DNA from: Rhizodiscina lignyota
Lineage: Eukaryota
Reading direction: 5' to 3'
Assembly (NCBI GenBank): GCA_010015805.1
Contig: ML978121.1
Coordinates: forward strand, 1,550,001 to 1,614,000
DNA: 64,000 nt
Part shown: positions 48,012-61,038 of the stretch, piece after piece
How the letters are laid out: each line of letters opens with the position of its first letter
Numbering within the stretch: the stretch's first letter is position 1
The notes under the pieces: model-generated
What the model was told of the DNA's origin: nothing
Databases searched by the model: none
The model's input: the letters and a program-made list of their open reading frames with translations, nothing else
Made by a program: the position numbers and the translations under genes

Positions 48012-51000
48012 TTCCTATTACTACTACGTAGTCGGTCAGCTTGGATAGAACTCAAAAACGGAGAAAACGATTGGCGACGGAGGTTGTTCAAGACCTCACG
48101 ATGCAATACACACTAAGATTCTCCTCGTTAATATTTGCTGAGAAGATGCATGTGATTTCGAGCACGCATTCAGCAATGATTCTAGAAAGTTGCGGCTTGC
48201 CATGCTGGTGCATTCATTGCAAGCTGCATATGCTAGCAATGGCGTGGATTCTGTACGCTGAGGATGCATTCAACTGGTGGCGGGATCTACTCATCCAGCT
48301 TGCACCAGCTTAGAGGATTTCACCCGCTCGCTCATTTCGCCTTCTGCAACTACGAGTGTGCATGAAGGAGGGTTACGATACCCGTTGCTTTAGACTTCTT
48401 TGATTAAATGTATACCGTGCGCGGGAGAATATTTAAGTTCGGCTTTGAATGTCGCGTTACCAGCTACGACTGTCGCATGAGCGTAAGTTAGAGTGCGCGT
48501 TGAGCCCACTTATACAGTTACTCCAAGGTGCAAGGATCGACTTGTTGAGGTAACCTTCTGCGACTTGCAGAGAACTGCGTCCGGACATAAAAGCTGAAGA
48601 TATTTCGATATCATTGTGAAAGATTCCTGTGCAAAGCGAGCGAGCGTTTGATTGTACGATGGGTCGGTCTACTTCTAGACTCTGAGCTGACTAAATGGGA
48701 AACACACATACATCCGTGTTAGCATTCTACAATTAGCACGCACCATATTGCGGACATGAAATGAGTGGGATCATTTGGATATTAAGTCTTATACTGCTGA
48801 GTTGTACATTGCGTGGGTTGGCTCATCCATGTCGCACTGGCCACCGATCGAGTCAATCATGGTTATGTCGGTCGCGATGCTGATAGCGACGCTTTCCCAT
48901 TGCTCCGATCGACAAATTGTTTGGACTGGGGCGCAGAACGTCATATTCCGAAACGCATACTGCTCAACCAGGAAGAGGTAGTGCTCCCGGCATTAGTGAT
49001 ATGCAGGGCCGGGCCGCCTATGAGGTCATTTTCGATCAAGCCTGGGGTGTCCGATCCATATATACAACTTGCATCGACTCGTCGATTCGTTGAAGTGGGT
49101 CATCTTGCTTTCTACAATTAGTAGTGTACTGCATCCAGAACCATAACTGCTCGGTCAAGAAGCATTAACCAAATTGTAATCCGAGAATGCGGCAGATCAG
49201 GTGGAGGTTTGATTCATATACATCGAGTGGAATTTGACTGCACAATTCTCAGACAGTCCAGGATGTCGAACACGTGCAGTGGCAGTGAGTATTCCCTGTG
49301 GTGCTCGCAGACCCCACAAGAATTACGAGTTTCCGCGAACTCGGGCATTGCACAGAGCCGAAGTTCCATTTGTCTCATCTGACATGCGCGCACCGAGGCG
49401 GCCGGCGAAAAGAAGCCGTGCCTGGCCTCCCGCAACGCCGACAGAGTATCTGGTGCCCGTAGTTGCTGAAGATGCTCCGTGTGTCGGAAATTAGGAATGA
49501 GAACATCGTGACTGAGACATACTAGTATTTGGAAGTTGCGAATAGAAGACCTCCCCGCTCTTATACGTGCTGATGCAACTGAAGAAGGGTTAGTAATTCC
49601 CGTGGTATAGATTGATCTCACACGATGGTGGGCCTACCACCTGATTCCTCACTTCGAGCACATGTGGGGGATGCGAGAGAGATCGTAGCAAGGTATACAG
49701 GAAAGGAGGGAGCAAGCCGGAAACAGGAAGTGCTCGAGCGAGCTTAAAGGAGAGAGAACTAATAGCTAAATTTGGGCCCGGATATAGGGAGAAAGACCTA
49801 ATTCTCAATACCAAGTAGGAGAGGGTGACGGCTGTGCAAAGACCGAATCTAATAGGAGAAAAGGCATAGAAAAAACACTTAGCACGGATCCTGCGTGTTG
49901 CGAATGCCACTCGAAAAATTTCGCAAGCTGTGACGTCCACGTACAGGATTTGAAATAGTATGGATCGTGTTGTGTGGGAGCAAATACATCGCATTCTTGG
50001 TACTCACCGTCAGCAGTCTCATGGAATCTTGTTGGAATGTCTGACTGCGGTGTAAAGAGTCTGCGTCACCCATGGGGCGAGGATGAAAGGTGCGATGAGG
50101 AGAGCGATGCGATGCGGAAGTCCGAACCGTCCGTGTATTACAGCTGATCCTGGCCATGTCGTACATGACAGCCTTACCCACGATAATAGGCTTGGTAGGA
50201 TTGAAACGACAAACAAACATCACACAATCTGGTTTGTGTGACTTTGCCCAGCGCGTAGCGAGATCGCAGATGCGTCAAGTAGATGCGAAGGGGAGCTTCC
50301 GTTTCTCTCCTTAAGACACAGGTCAATAGCGCTTCGAGCTCGCTGCGAGAGCTGTCTTGCAGGGAGTCTTCTAGCTTTTCCGTCTTCGACCGGGAATTGT
50401 TGTGGAGGTGGTGATAGATGCAAGCAGCACGTTAGCACTGCGTGAGCGACACGCAATATCGAACGTCGTGACACAGTGCCGGTGGTACAAGCCAGAGGGA
50501 TTCCGGGCGCTTAAAGATGTGAAATTGCCAGCTCTTGATGCTGATGGTGGGAATCGGCGCCAGGCGTGCCGGCAGATGGAGTGTGCAGTGCTCAGGCCGC
50601 CGCGCACGCGCCATCTCGAAGCGGACAAAGCTCCCGCTGCGCGTCCAATGAAATGGCTGAAGCCCGCATTTTACGCGCCCAGCGCTGACCTCGCTTTTGC
50701 TGTGTCCAGGCTAGCGCTGCGATGCTTGGCCTTGATTCGATCCATTCGTGAATCTCTTCTGCCCGGTCCTTGCAGGTCGGGTGTCTTGGGTCAATAGGCA
50801 TCTGACGCTGCCTCCCTTCGTGCAAGAGGCCATGCCGCTGGTGGCGTCCTGGCCACCTTCTCCACCTCTCAGCAGCCAAGATGCCCAGCAGCCAAAGAAA
50901 TGCCAGACGATCGACATGGGCGCGCTAGGCGGAGCGTTCCAGAGGCGCTGCAACGCGCTCAGGGCTCCGTGAAGAAGCTTCCTGTTCCACTCCATCCGCA

Positions 51001-51256
51001 TGCACCCAGAGTCGCCCGCTTATTATAGCAGCCTCTGGTCTTACCCTCTGCCCACCGACACTGCTCCGCTCCCTTGTCACCAGCCGCTATCATCATCCTT
51101 TCGATCATTCATTCTGACCTCTCCGCCTTGACTGTGCGTGGAGATAGTTGTCAGCGCAGCATTCAAACCATCGCGGAGAACAACCGACGACCTCACCATA
51201 TCGCCTCGCGATCCCATTATTAGCCACCGACCGTATACACAGCGTTCAGCGCAGCA

Positions 51257-52151
51257 ATGTACGGTCTTTCATCAATACTTGCCTTCGCGGCGACATGGAC
51301 TTTCACAGCAGCACATTTGGTCCCCGTCTATCCCGGCTTAAGAGGGAACAGCTTGCACACCAACGGCACAGAACCTGATGGCAGCATTATTCCAGGTTCG
51401 CTGGGCCAAAACTGGGACGAGAGCACACATTCATACACATGGCCGTATGGCATGCAATGGATGTATCCTTGTAGGTCTTCATCTGCCATGGACATCGGTC
51501 TCTCTCTATAGAAACCTTTGGCTGATTGAATTATAGGCGGAGGATTGCCCACCTCGACGAATCGTACGAAGTGGCCTGTCAATGGCGGAGCTCTTTCTTT
51601 CCAACCCGGCTGGTTCAGCGGCCATCAAACTGCCTTCATCTATGTTAACCTGGGAATCGGCACGGAACCACTTAACATGTCGCACCCAATGAACCCGGTA
51701 TTCCAGCTCACGGGTCCATCGAACAACAACTACTCGGGCACATTCTGTCTTCCACAGGTGCCTCTTCCCGCTGGATATCAACCAAATGTTGGCGACAATG
51801 CGACAATCCAGATTGTAGAAACCGCAGTACACGGCGCTGCTCTTTATGCCGTAAGTTCGCTCTCACTCATCGAAACCTTGGACAGACCCAGAGAGATATT
51901 TTATGTTGACTCATTGCCGGCAGTGCGTCGATATCACATTCGCAAATGACGACGATGTAGCGCCAGTAACACCGCAAAATTGCTTCAACGGTACCGATGC
52001 CGAGCATGCGAATGACGGTTCCCTCGCCGCAAACCTTGTCTTCACAACGAAGAGCCTTCAGAGTGGGGCTGTACGAGCGATACAATCGAACTCAGGCAAC
52101 GCGATAGCGATAACAATCGGCCTCGGCTTTTTACTCGCTGGTCTGCTATAA
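51257..52151 (+). CDS. GPI-anchored BIM1/X325-like (LPMO-like) copper-binding protein, 3 exons
   Basis: Signal peptide ending TAA followed by His; YPG.RG; PC|GG; FCLPQV; NATIQIVE..HGAALYA|CVDITF; hydrophobic GPI-signal tail. Confidence 0.85.
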
Positions 52152-52998
52152 ATGTGAAAGATGTGGAAGATCTCCTACTTCCAAGTAGAAGATACGAAAA
52201 ACGATTGTGGAAAGAGAAGGTCAGAGGCGAGGAACATTTCCTCCCACCAACCTTGTACATCACCACCACTGGGGAATAATATTCCTCTCCTGATACCCCT
52301 CACGATTTTCTCCCAGCCGGACACCCGCGGCCACCATAGCAGTCTTGGAATGAGCCCGACTTCGGCATTTTCGATTGGGATGCGCGTGTCTCTTGTATAT
52401 ATTCAGCGGGCGTTGGACTGGGAATGTGGCTCTTGGATGGTGTTTGCATGAACATTTTGCTCTCGCGGGAATCTAGCCGGCGAGAAACAAGTGTCGGAAA
52501 ACTTTCTGTAATATTTCTTGAGTCGGGCCATATGATTGATGAGCCAAAATAGAGACAGTCATTGAATTAAGCAATGCTCGATGATGATGGATGATTGGTG
52601 GTGTGTTTGATGCTAGATGTTTCCCTCTGAACTTAATTCCTAACAATGACAGCCCTAGCTTCCCGCACCTCTCCTCTTGACCACTCGAGCTTGTCTATCA
52701 CGTCTATCAACTTACAACAGATTTGCCACTTTGTATAGCGCTCCAAAATATCCGAATTCAAAATGTTCTCCTGTTGGCGCTCCCGCACATGCGTCTTTCC
52801 ACAGAAACTGAGAAACACATCAACGTTACATGACTACGAAACTGAGAGCTTACGCAGAGCATAATGCTCTCTGCACTGTCAGGCCACCAGAGAACAGATG
52901 CGGCGAGCAGAAACATCGTCGGAACAGACATCTTCCGCTGTCATGCTGTAGACGCCCGTTTCCACCGTTCCCATCACATCCCTCTACTGAATGAGCAC

Positions 52999-53295
52999 TT
53001 AGATATCGACCTCAATCTCCTTGCTCCCCGGCACCGCCGAACAGATTAATATCCCGCCATGCCAATCGTCAGGCGCCTCCTCAGACGTGTCGTGTATGAA
53101 TCTGGTCGTGCCTTTGGTTACTTTCGCGGCACATGTGCCGCATACGCCTGACCGGCAACCGAAATCGGGCTTCAGACCGGAGTTCTCGGCCAGCTTGAGC
53201 AGAGAGATTCCTCTCGGGTTTGCCGTCCATTTCGCGGTCACTTTGGACTTAGTGAAGACGACTGTTGCCTCTTCGATATCTGGTACCGTCGTCAT
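52999..53295 (-). CDS. Stand-alone 2Fe-2S ferredoxin domain protein
   Basis: SLLKLAE..G; CRSGVCGTC (Cx4Cx2C) plus distal ILICSAVP. Confidence 0.8.
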   Translation of the reverse strand: MTTVPDIEEATVVFTKSKVTAKWTANPRGISLLKLAENSGLKPDFGCRSGVCGTCAAKVTKGTTRFIHDTSEEAPDDWHGGILICSAVPGSKEIEVDI

Positions 53296-53933
53296 GATGG
53301 GTGTGAGAAGGAGAAAGAGTCAGGTGGGGTGGAGGGTGAGATGTAGTCGGGCTTGATTGATATCGCTAATACCGGGAGACTTCTCAAGTAGATTTAGTGG
53401 ATTTTGGGCAATTCAGGTGTACAGATGCCCTGAAATTTAAAGATATGATTTCTATGCAAGAGGAAATTGTTGGTGGATAACATATTGATAAACCATTTCC
53501 CCATAGCAGACTTATTCCCGAGGTACAGGGTAATTCGGCAAAACTGCGCTAAACCTAAAACGAACATATCAAGATCGTCAAATCTGACTTCCTCGACAGA
53601 TTTTAATCAGCTCATTCAATGGAAGGCCTATTATCGATCTCTGGACCCCCGATCTAGCACATGACGTACAGCCGTTCACCAATGCAAGAATCCCAATGAC
53701 CCTCGTTCGGCGTCTGCCAGAAGTGCGATTGGGAAGACGTTGATGCGAATATCACCCTCTGCGAGATGGCCCAGGACTGGGACACCCGCGCAGCGTGCTT
53801 CTGGGGGCGTTCCTGTGGCTGTGTAATGCTCGACTGCTCTGCTTTTGGCTGGAATATCGCACGTCGCAGAGAGTATGCTGCTGTAGTTCCATCGCATGCC
53901 TGTAGCTTTCCCTCTTCTCTCAGTGTCCTACCC

Positions 53934-54380
53934 TCAGAAATCCTTCTGCACTGGAGACGTGGGCTGCGCGCGAGGCGTCATGCGCCCCTCGCACTCGACA
54001 ATTAGAACCCCAAGATCCGCGCGAATAGCATTCACCAGTGACGCATCGTCGGATTTAGCTTCGTAGACGGTTAGACGCCCAAGCAGAGGGTCATGAAAAT
54101 CGTCGATGTCGGAAATCGTGCGCTCGAGATCAACAGCACGGCCGGTCGTTCGCTTGTGCTCCTCTAATGAATGATGGCTGGCCAAAGTGACGACGTATGT
54201 ATCCGGGACGATCGAAGATTGTGGCATGTCGCATGGAAGAGGTGCTGGCACACCGAGTGTTCTTCGGATGATTCTCGAACGGAGAAATATCAAGTAAAAG
54301 TCCCACTCGCGAGGCACCAACTTCAATGAGAAGATTGTCAGGGCAGCCATAGCGGCAATGGCGTAGAATAACTTGGCCAT
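53934..54380 (-). CDS. Stand-alone peptidase inhibitor I9 (subtilisin-propeptide-like) protein with N-terminal hydrophobic segment
   Basis: IVPDTYVVTL..HSLEEH..Y.A..LVNAIRADLGVLIVE pattern typical of I9 propeptides. Confidence 0.65.
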   Translation of the reverse strand: MAKLFYAIAAMAALTIFSLKLVPREWDFYLIFLRSRIIRRTLGVPAPLPCDMPQSSIVPDTYVVTLASHHSLEEHKRTTGRAVDLERTISDIDDFHDPLLGRLTVYEAKSDDASLVNAIRADLGVLIVECEGRMTPRAQPTSPVQKDF

Positions 54381-54762
54381 TTCGCTGATAGACGGGAAGT
54401 CGAGGTGCACACTGCAGCTTGGGCGGTGGAAGAAAGTTACCCTTGTCACGTCCAAGAGAGTCACAGTTTCTCTGTCATGGCGCCTTCCTGAAACCAGACC
54501 TTAATCGGTGTTGTGCAGGGGATCTCGGCGAAGGTGTAGGTTCAGCACAGCCACACGTGCAGCTCAGGGCGGCTTAGTCACAGCTCAGGTTCAAAAGAGG
54601 AAATGGACTTTAGTGCGATTACTCTCACATATAGTGTCTTACGCTCGTCCCTAGAATTAACAGACTCAAGTATAAAACCCGAGCATACTCGCTATGATGG
54701 TTTGATGTGCTCCTTACATACAGTTGCGACGCTCACCATCCACGTTTGGGGCGATGAACTAA

Positions 54763-55716
54763 ATGCCTCATTCGTCGCGCCGTGGAAAGAAATCTTCTTC
54801 AGCACAAAATACCAAGAGTAGGAATGTCGACTTAGGCGATGGGTGGACAGTTGTTACACGCGGAATCAGGCGTCTGTCGTCTGCTGTGCGCAATCCCTTG
54901 AGGAAGGCCTCTGACGCGAAGTCTGGTGTTGAAGGAGAAGTCGGGGAACCCGATGACACTGTGGCGCCAGAGCCTGAAGATGTCGGCGAACTTATCCGGC
55001 GATTCGAAAAGCTACGTGATCGATGGAGGGGTTTGCCTTATAGACAAATACTGCTCGACCTGCTGGATTCCATATGGCAACATGGATCACGCGAGGAGCC
55101 TGGTTGCCAGGAAAGACGGATAGACAACGCCGTATGCATCGCTATCGGCAGCTTCAGCACCGACTGGCTTGGTGCAGAACAGACGAGCCTGAGAAGTCTC
55201 TGGCAGCTCGTCTTATTCCTTGAGATCATGGAATATCTTCAGCGCAACACACATGCGGAAAAGAACATGAAAGTGTATGCGCAAGAGCCACTGTTCTCGG
55301 CGTTGGATAAAGCTTTCTTGGCCAAGTTTGAAATACAAACGCTCGACTCTCCGCATGCTGTTGAGCTCATCACGCCGTCAACATTTCTGTTCGTGCCATT
55401 CCTCGAGTGGTATGTGCTCCTTTGGGAAGTGCTCAGGTGCAAAGATCCAGAGTTATATATCGGCACGGACATACATGACATCTTGGACCGCTTGGATGGA
55501 CTGGCGGAAGAAGACGATCGTGTCGCTAGCAGAGCGACGGATGGGGATGGAACCAAAACAAAAGTTGAAGAACTGAAAAATGTCTGTGCGGAATTCTTTA
55601 AGAGTAGGGAGCTAGTACAGATACCAGATGAAGGGGTTTTCGAGGGCCATGCCACTGCTTTGTATGGCCTGGTGATATACACTAGAGCAGTAGACGAAGG
55701 GCATGATAATACTTAG
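54763..55716 (+). CDS. SRR1-like domain protein
   Basis: DGWTVV; AVCIAIGSF; SLWQL; YAQEPLFSALDKAFL; TFLFVPFL. Confidence 0.8.
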   Translation: MPHSSRRGKKSSSAQNTKSRNVDLGDGWTVVTRGIRRLSSAVRNPLRKASDAKSGVEGEVGEPDDTVAPEPEDVGELIRRFEKLRDRWRGLPYRQILLDLLDSIWQHGSREEPGCQERRIDNAVCIAIGSFSTDWLGAEQTSLRSLWQLVLFLEIMEYLQRNTHAEKNMKVYAQEPLFSALDKAFLAKFEIQTLDSPHAVELITPSTFLFVPFLEWYVLLWEVLRCKDPELYIGTDIHDILDRLDGLAEEDDRVASRATDGDGTKTKVEELKNVCAEFFKSRELVQIPDEGVFEGHATALYGLVIYTRAVDEGHDNT

Positions 55717-56810
55717 TAAATGAAATGGGTGCTAATCCACTGATCTGTTCACCAAGTCGCGCTCGGACATGTTGCGAAGAATCGGATACGAGCTCCTCGA
55801 TGGCAGGCATGACTTCGTGAAGAAGCGTTTCTCGGTCGAGCAGCGAACAGTATCAACGAGAGCCTGCCAAAATAACCGGGGCATTTCGAATTCGCACTTC
55901 TTCCGCGATTACTCGAAATGTTCCATTGAAATAGTCTGTTTCGGAGTCGAGATATCCCAATAACAATCCATAAAAATGCTAGCATTCCCATAACGCCATC
56001 GCAATGCGAGCATCCTCAACCACCTTCCGTGCCGTTATCTTTCAGGCCTCTCACCCCCTGGTGCCGGTCCATCGGTCTTGTCTCCACTAGGCTTGACGTC
56101 GCTCACAGCTGGCTTCCCTGCGTACAATTGATAGCCTTCATTTCCCCCTCCTCCTTCAAGCTCTGCCGAGACAGAGATTGGCCTATTCCCTCTAAAGCGT
56201 TTTCGCATGTCAATCAACCCGCGCTTGCATTCACCGTACCCGTGTTTAAGCTGCTGGCATTGTGTCGGAAGAGTCTCGACAAGTGGTGATCGGAGGCAGT
56301 CGCTCGCCTTGTTGCGATGGACCATGATGCAGTCAGAGTTTTGGAGACATTCTGCAAGCGCAGCACCTGTGTCTGTTAGCTTTTGCTAAACCCAAGACAG
56401 GAACGACATACGGATGTCTTTGCAGCTGGAAGGCATCGTGGTGCAAGTGTGTCTTTTCTGCGAGGATATTATAAGCACTTCATGCTCCTCAGGCAGCTCC
56501 CGCGAGGGCCGTTCGCAAAGTTCGCGATTGAGTTTAGACAGACGTTGAGGCACGGCTCGCACCTTGGCCTGCCCGTACCTGCGTGCGCGAGTCGCGTTCA
56601 CATGCGTTTTGGCAGGGGTCGCGCCGGGATGACTTCACCTTGCCCAAATCGCGGACTCAACAACTCCACCAATCTTCAGCGCCGCCTTAGCTCTGCCGAC
56701 AATGCTCCAAAAGAGACGGACTGCCCATCTTGCTCTCTCACAGCACCACAATCGCCTGTCCAACAGGTGACAACGCTCCAATCGCCTCCTAGCTCGCAAC
56801 GACATCAACT

Positions 56811-58798
56811 ATGCCCCACGTGCCGTTTCTCGGGCGACTCCACATACAGCAATATGTCGCTCTCTTCTTCTCCTTCATCCTGCTATTCCTCGAAGGGATT
56901 ATACGAATCATCACCCTCGCGCTTCCATCGCCCATTATCCGCATCTGCTATCGACTCTCGAGAAAAGCGTTCAACTCCCTCTCCTCCCCCCAGGGCCGAC
57001 GGTCGCGCAACAAGAATAAAGCCATTGTCAATTCCATATCCCGTGCCTCAGATTTTGTGGAATTGTGTGAGCTTTTCGGATACTATGCGGAGGAGCATGT
57101 GGTGCAAACCAAGGATGGTTACCTTCTTGGATTGCATAGGCTGGGGTGGCGACACGGTGAGGAGGAAAAGAGAGTAAACAGCGGCAAAGGCAGCATCCAG
57201 AAGAAGGTGGTGTACCTTCACCATGGCTTGCTCATGAATAGTGAAGTCTGGGTCTGCTTGACAGAACAGGAAAGGTGCCTCCCGTTCCTGTTGGTCGAGA
57301 AGGGATACGATGTTTGGGTAAGTGCGCTACTATCGGAATGTCAATGCTAGGGCTGACTGATTTCTAGCTCGGCAATAATCGAGGCAATAAATACTCCAAG
57401 AAATCTCTGAAGCGTGGCCCTACAGATACGAAGTTCTGGGACTTTTCAATGGACGAGTTCGCCTTTCACGACATCCCCGATTCTATCGCGTACATCCTTT
57501 CAACAACGTCGCAGCAGTCCCTATCCTACATTGGCTTCTCGCAAGGCACAGCCCAAGCCTTCGCTGCGCTCTCCATACATCCGACGCTGAATGAGAAGGT
57601 GGATATCTTCATTGCTTTGGCTCCTGCAATGAGCCCATCTGGTTTGACCAGCGGCGTTGTTGATTCGCTGGTAAAAGCCTCTCCGGACGTTCTATTCCTT
57701 GCATTCGGACGACGAGCACTTCTGACCTCAGCAACAATGTGGCAAGCGATACTCTACCAACCAATATTTGTTCGCTTGATCGATTGGTCACTGACTTTCC
57801 TTTTCGGCTGGCGATGTCGAAATATTCCACCCCATCAGAAATTGGCGGCTTACCCGCATTTATACTCATTTACCTCCACTAAATCAGTCGTACACTGGTT
57901 CCAGATCATCCGAAACGGCGTTTTCCAGATGTATGATGACGAAGTCCAGTCGCCTTTTGGCTTTACAAATGGTAGTCAATACTACAAAGTCGCGAAATTC
58001 CCCACGCGAAACATTAAGACACCAATTGTGCTGGTGTACGGAGGCAGCGACAGTCTTGTGGATATTGAAGTGATGCTTAGAGAACTACCGAAACACACTG
58101 TATCCAAGGAAATTCCACATTACGAGCATCTCGACTTCCTTTGGGCGGGAGACATTCACGAAGAAGTCTTCCCTTACGTTTTCGACGCACTGGATGCGGC
58201 ACACAATCCAAACAAAACAGCGACTGCGAAAGAGCTGGTTTCAGCGGCCATTACACGACGCTCCTCAAGCTTCGGAGCAAAGATGGGACACATGCTCGAA
58301 TCCGAAGAGGAGAGTCCTCCAGGTGGCGGCAAGCTACGTAAAATCTCTGAGAATGTGCATTTCGGCATGGATGGTACAGAATTTGCTGAGGAGTATTCTC
58401 AAGGATCATCGAAGCCATCCTACATCCCAATCTCCTCACCCGTTGTGTCTGGTCGCGCTTCGCAGTCCCAGCATACGGAGAAATCCTCATCATCCAGACC
58501 GGAGGGCTGGTGGTCTTCTGATGATGTTGCGGGCACAGAGCCCTCGACTCCTGCAACAGTGTCCGAGAAGACGCTGCATAATCTCTCGCCCGCGCCAACA
58601 CAGACGAGCATACAGAGCAAGGAACCTGAATCGCTTACCCCGACAAAGAGTGCAAGCTTTGGATCAAAGGGAATTACTCTTGGAAAAGGAGGCGCGGTGG
58701 GAGGTATCAGTGGAGATATGGCAAGAGGAGCCGCAGTGGGTAGTGGAAGCAGCGGTGGTGAGGGGAAGAAGAAAAAGAGGTGGAAGAAGAATAATTAA
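56811..58798 (+). CDS. Steryl ester/triacylglycerol lipase (Tgl1-like), 2 exons (intron about 57318-57367)
   Basis: EEHVVQTKDGYLLGLHR; HHGLL; GYDVW|LGNNRGNKYS; GFSQG; YEHLDFLW. Confidence 0.92.
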
Positions 58799-59088
58799 TC
58801 ATGTGTATGGAATTCTTTTTACTTACAGATTTGAACAGTATCGATCATCTCCGCGAATTAGAGTATGGGAGGACTGGAAGTCAAACTAGACAGCAGTCGG
58901 ACGGGTGGGAATTTGAGCTTCAAGGCGCGGCCCTGTTGCGTCTTGCTAGAACACGTTTGCGTCGCGTAAATGGAAGATAATAGATACAGTGGTATGTCAG
59001 CTTCAAACCGCTGGATATGAAGCATTGTTACTTGATCGCAGAGTTCTATCTCTATACCGAAATGAAATGTCCAGGCTCGTAATCCCTC

Positions 59089-61038
59089 TCATGTCCCGAG
59101 CACGCTGCGACCGGACGCTGAATCCCTCAGCCTTGTCGTTGTGGATCGAGCCGCGGTCTCCATTCCACTAACATCTTCTGCAACAGGTATGCTGCATGGC
59201 TCTTCAAACCCGTGATATAACAGGGCAAGGAGGGACGATTTCCATAATCGCACCCCACGATGCCTGCTCAACGACATGGTGACCACCAAGAATAGCAACC
59301 CAGACGCAACAAGCAAGACGGGTAAGATGATCCATTCCCATCGCACAGAGGCGAATATTTGCTCGGACGATACCGTTCCCGAAACGCTAGAGTTGCCCAT
59401 GTCTAGTCCTAAAGCCGTCAGAGATGCAGCCACGCTTGCAGCGACGAACGTCAAGTTGGTCTTAAATATCGTCTCCAGTTCTTTGGAAGGGAATTTCACA
59501 GGGCCCGTCATGCCTCCGCCATCGAGTTCGACCCAATGGAGAGCTGAACGGTTGTCCGCCGGGTTCGTGTGTTGCCAGGACAGTTGGACGTCACCTGTAC
59601 CTGCTAGAGTAGCTACTAGCGGATCCCAATATCTCGGTATGGGGCCGAAGGCAAGACGCTCCGTGTCCTCAATTCCTTCATGAGTTTTCGTCATGTTGAG
59701 GTTGCCGCCGTAAGGTGACCAAATTACGGGCTCTTCTCCCCCGAGTTTGTCAATGTAGAACTTTCCCCAGTTCAAGGAATCCTTTTTTGTCGAGGTGATT
59801 CCGTCATGAACAGATATCGAGTAAGACTGGGAGCATAGGCTTATAGCGCACTGCGTCGCACTTCCAACACGTACGCCCTGGTTTGGATCTGGGATCCCTG
59901 CGGTTCTGCCGGCTGTAACATTGTTACCGAACTGTAAAGACACATGGCCAAGTACCAGAACTGGCGATCCAACCCCCAAAGGCTCATGTTGGAATCCTAG
60001 GTCGAAAAGGGGATATGTATCTTCGTCGAAGACGCCGTTCATACCCCAGATGGCTTCAGTTGGAAAGCTCAAGATGTAGCCCCCGAAGGGGTTCGCACTC
60101 GCCTTTATGGTAAAGTTGAATGAGTCTCCATATCCCAAACCAACACTACAGGGCCGATCGGAGAGATCAGTCTTATTGAACTTCAAGTCACATCCCGACA
60201 GACTTGCAAGTGATGTTGCATTGATACACTTGCTGCACCAGCCCACTGATTCAAACGGAGGCCAGTCGCAGTTCCCGGATGGACAGGTTGGATCGCGTTC
60301 GAACTGTCCCGTATTAGAGTACACGCCGGAATTAATCGTAGGCATTAAATCCAATTGATTATCGACAGGAAATTTCATTGCTCGAGGTGCCACTGCAGAG
60401 TCCGATGGCCGGGATGTCCAACGTCCGGGACTGGTCAGAATCTGCTGCACGAACGGGTCGAAAAGTGTCGCGACCAATATGATGAGCGCTCCAATTGTCG
60501 TAAAAGACCACGTTCTTACTTCAAAAAGCATCGCTAAGGATCCAAGGGGTCCCCTACTCGCATCGTCGAACAATTGGAGATCTCGTAGAGTCCGTCTTCT
60601 GCTCTGTATCCAGCACCACTTCAATTGGCTGATCGCGGAGGCCACAACGGATATTAGACATGACTTGGACAGCGTTGCAAGAATAGAGATGATGGCGTTA
60701 AGTGTGAGCCCGTAAGGTAATTTCGGCATTGGATTGCTATCGTAGGCTTCCAGCACCGCGGCAATGGCGATCAGTAATACCGCACTCATTGAGATCATTG
60801 CTACTTCAGGAAGCCAAGTGTCGAAGATGAACCGTTTCCAACGCGAAGGGCGTGGAGCTTTTGTTGACTGGAAATCCAGCTTTTGCTCTGGATTTCGTGC
60901 CAGTAAAGTGACTTGACTGGACTCATCATGATTAGGACTGTTGGCATGCTCACTGGTCCTCGCTGGCGGATCGTCAGTAGCTTGTGATAAGGAAGAGACC
61001 ATGCTTCTGTTGTCGGCAATATCGTTCGTCTCGTCCAT
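59089..61038 (-). CDS. DUF3176-type membrane glycoprotein
   Basis: WLPE; LTLNAIISIL; ISQLKWCW; LQLFDDASRGPLGS; DPFVQQ; CPSGNCDWP; VRWEWI; WKSSLLALL. Confidence 0.85.
   Translation of the reverse strand: MDETNDIADNRSMVSSLSQATDDPPARTSEHANSPNHDESSQVTLLARNPEQKLDFQSTKAPRPSRWKRFIFDTWLPEVAMISMSAVLLIAIAAVLEAYDSNPMPKLPYGLTLNAIISILATLSKSCLISVVASAISQLKWCWIQSRRRTLRDLQLFDDASRGPLGSLAMLFEVRTWSFTTIGALIILVATLFDPFVQQILTSPGRWTSRPSDSAVAPRAMKFPVDNQLDLMPTINSGVYSNTGQFERDPTCPSGNCDWPPFESVGWCSKCINATSLASLSGCDLKFNKTDLSDRPCSVGLGYGDSFNFTIKASANPFGGYILSFPTEAIWGMNGVFDEDTYPLFDLGFQHEPLGVGSPVLVLGHVSLQFGNNVTAGRTAGIPDPNQGVRVGSATQCAISLCSQSYSISVHDGITSTKKDSLNWGKFYIDKLGGEEPVIWSPYGGNLNMTKTHEGIEDTERLAFGPIPRYWDPLVATLAGTGDVQLSWQHTNPADNRSALHWVELDGGGMTGPVKFPSKELETIFKTNLTFVAASVAASLTALGLDMGNSSVSGTVSSEQIFASVRWEWIILPVLLVASGLLFLVVTMSLSRHRGVRLWKSSLLALLYHGFEEPCSIPVAEDVSGMETAARSTTTRLRDSASGRSVLGT

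Noticed and set aside
56383..57177. 264-aa plus-strand ORF overlapping the lipase start
   Set aside because: Non-ATG start and alternative-frame shadow of the lipase exon 1 and its 5' UTR
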